The notes below the pieces were generated by a model. The model searched no databases and was not told the origin of the DNA. It was given only the letters and a program-made list of their open reading frames with translations. Positions 63,117 through 64,000 of a DNA stretch of 64,000 bases are shown here, in pieces; the stretch's first letter is position 1, and each line of letters starts with the position of its first letter. A program made the translations under genes and the position numbers. Source of the DNA: Klebsormidium nitens (Eukaryota > Plantae > Klebsormidiophyceae); NCBI GenBank assembly GCA_000708835.1, contig DF237391.1:12971-76970 (forward strand), given 5' to 3'.

Positions 63117-63298
63117 CCACATCAGCGTCATTCGCAAACTTTCCATCCTTCTCCCACATCAGTGTCATTCGCGAACTTTCCATTCTTCTTCGGCTTCTCC
63201 AAAATTTGTTAGACTTATCTGCGCACTGTTTACAGCTCAGCAAACACGACTTCTTTGACTTATCTGTACATTGTTTACAGCTCAGCATGCACGACTTC
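63117..63298. repeat. Two pairs of direct repeats (37-bp and 45-bp periods) between the endonuclease and the OB-fold gene
   Basis: ccacatcag(c/t)gtcattcgc(a/g)aactttccat at 63117 and 63154; gacttatctg..ca.tgtttacagctcagca..cacgacttc at 63212 and 63257. Confidence 0.85.
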
Positions 63299-63520
63299 TG
63301 AATGACTATCGTGACATTCTTACGTTCTCGTCTATCTTATGCTTCGACTTCGCTCTGCTGTGGCATATCGATACAGGCTTCTGTGTGCCTATCAGCCGTC
63401 CTCAAACGGCTTGCAGTACTGCCTTCCTCGGTTTCAGCGATCCTTCTTCCAAATTCTTCTGTTCTGCTGCACAACGTACTTCTAGCAAAAGAGCGCCGGG
63501 ATTCCGTCCTTTCGGGAACA

Positions 63521-63838
63521 ATGGCGCTGAAAAAGCCAGATGTCCCAACAGTCTCAATCAAGCAGGTCGAAGAATTTCCAGTGGATGCGAGCTTCTTCCA
63601 AGTGCATGGCAAAGTAGTCGAGTTAGACAGCCCCACCGAGAGCAACAAGCCCACTGTGCGCGAGCTTCCGTACGGCCATTTCCACACAACGCAAGCTGTT
63701 TTGCAAGACAAGTCGGGCGCGAGAATGACGGTGGAAGCCGTCAGCAAAGACAAGAACTTCGTGGAGACTGTCAGCAAGCAATGCTCGAAGGGCAACACCA
63801 TCCTGCTGTACAGGCCGGTTGTGGCTTCGTGTAGGTAA
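63521..63838 (+). CDS. Putative OB-fold ssDNA-binding (RPA-like) protein, first exon
   Basis: MALKKPDVPTVSIKQV...FQVHGKVVEL...GHFHTTQAVLQDKSGARMTVEAV...GNTILLYRPVV follows an OB beta-barrel pattern. Strong donor ag|gtaagt at 63835 and acceptor tttcag at 63911. Confidence 0.55.
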   Translation: MALKKPDVPTVSIKQVEEFPVDASFFQVHGKVVELDSPTESNKPTVRELPYGHFHTTQAVLQDKSGARMTVEAVSKDKNFVETVSKQCSKGNTILLYRPVVASCR

Positions 63839-64000
63839 GTTTTCATGGTTTTCTGATCTCATTGTTTCTTGTCTGAATATTGTTTTCTGGTCTCATCGTT
63901 TCTCCTTTCAGCTGCCGTCGCTGCATACAAAACGCTGGCCCTCGAATCAAGTTGTTGAACTACACTTTTTGCACAGAAGTGTGACGGTTGGACAGGGTTT

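Larger units (their letters stand above)
56208..64000 (+). mobile_element. Helentron / Helitron2-type rolling-circle transposon; right end outside the window, left end unresolved (may extend to ~54320)
   Basis: Intronless Rep-helicase-endonuclease coding region with visibly lower GC3 than host exons; HUH, Pif1 and EEP motifs in the Helentron order; followed by an OB-fold gene. Confidence 0.9.

Noticed and set aside
63302-63520. N-terminal 73 codons of ORF 63302-63838
   Set aside because: S/L/V-rich, non-domain-like and adjacent to the repeat spacer; ATG 63521 is the more plausible start.

Overview
Eukaryotic, intron-rich (GT-AG) window with GC-rich exons. Gene content (hybrid histidine kinase, C2-phospholipase D, F-box/LRR, a plant-type PRRC2/BAT2-like protein) suggests a streptophyte green alga such as Klebsormidium; this is inference. 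Host genes from left to right: a very large hybrid histidine kinase (-), an F-box/LRR protein (+), a divergent C2-PLD (-), importin-5 (-), a PRRC2/BAT2-like protein (+, spanning a 344-N gap) and a class-3 lipase (-). The kinase splices in frame as two tandem 6TM-HisKA-HATPase-receiver modules. The last ~10 kb hold a Helentron/Helitron2-type rolling-circle element (HUH Rep, Pif1 helicase, AP-type endonuclease; one frameshift and one premature stop). Its Rep carries two AP2 domains. It is flanked head-to-head by a spliced histone H3-like gene with a 100-aa C-tail and followed by an OB-fold gene. A hAT MITE with an 8-bp TSD sits in the importin/PRRC2 bidirectional promoter. About a dozen 134-175 bp duplications copy real splice junctions into the adjacent introns of the PLD and importin genes. 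Protein assignments come from motif recognition by eye; no searches were run.
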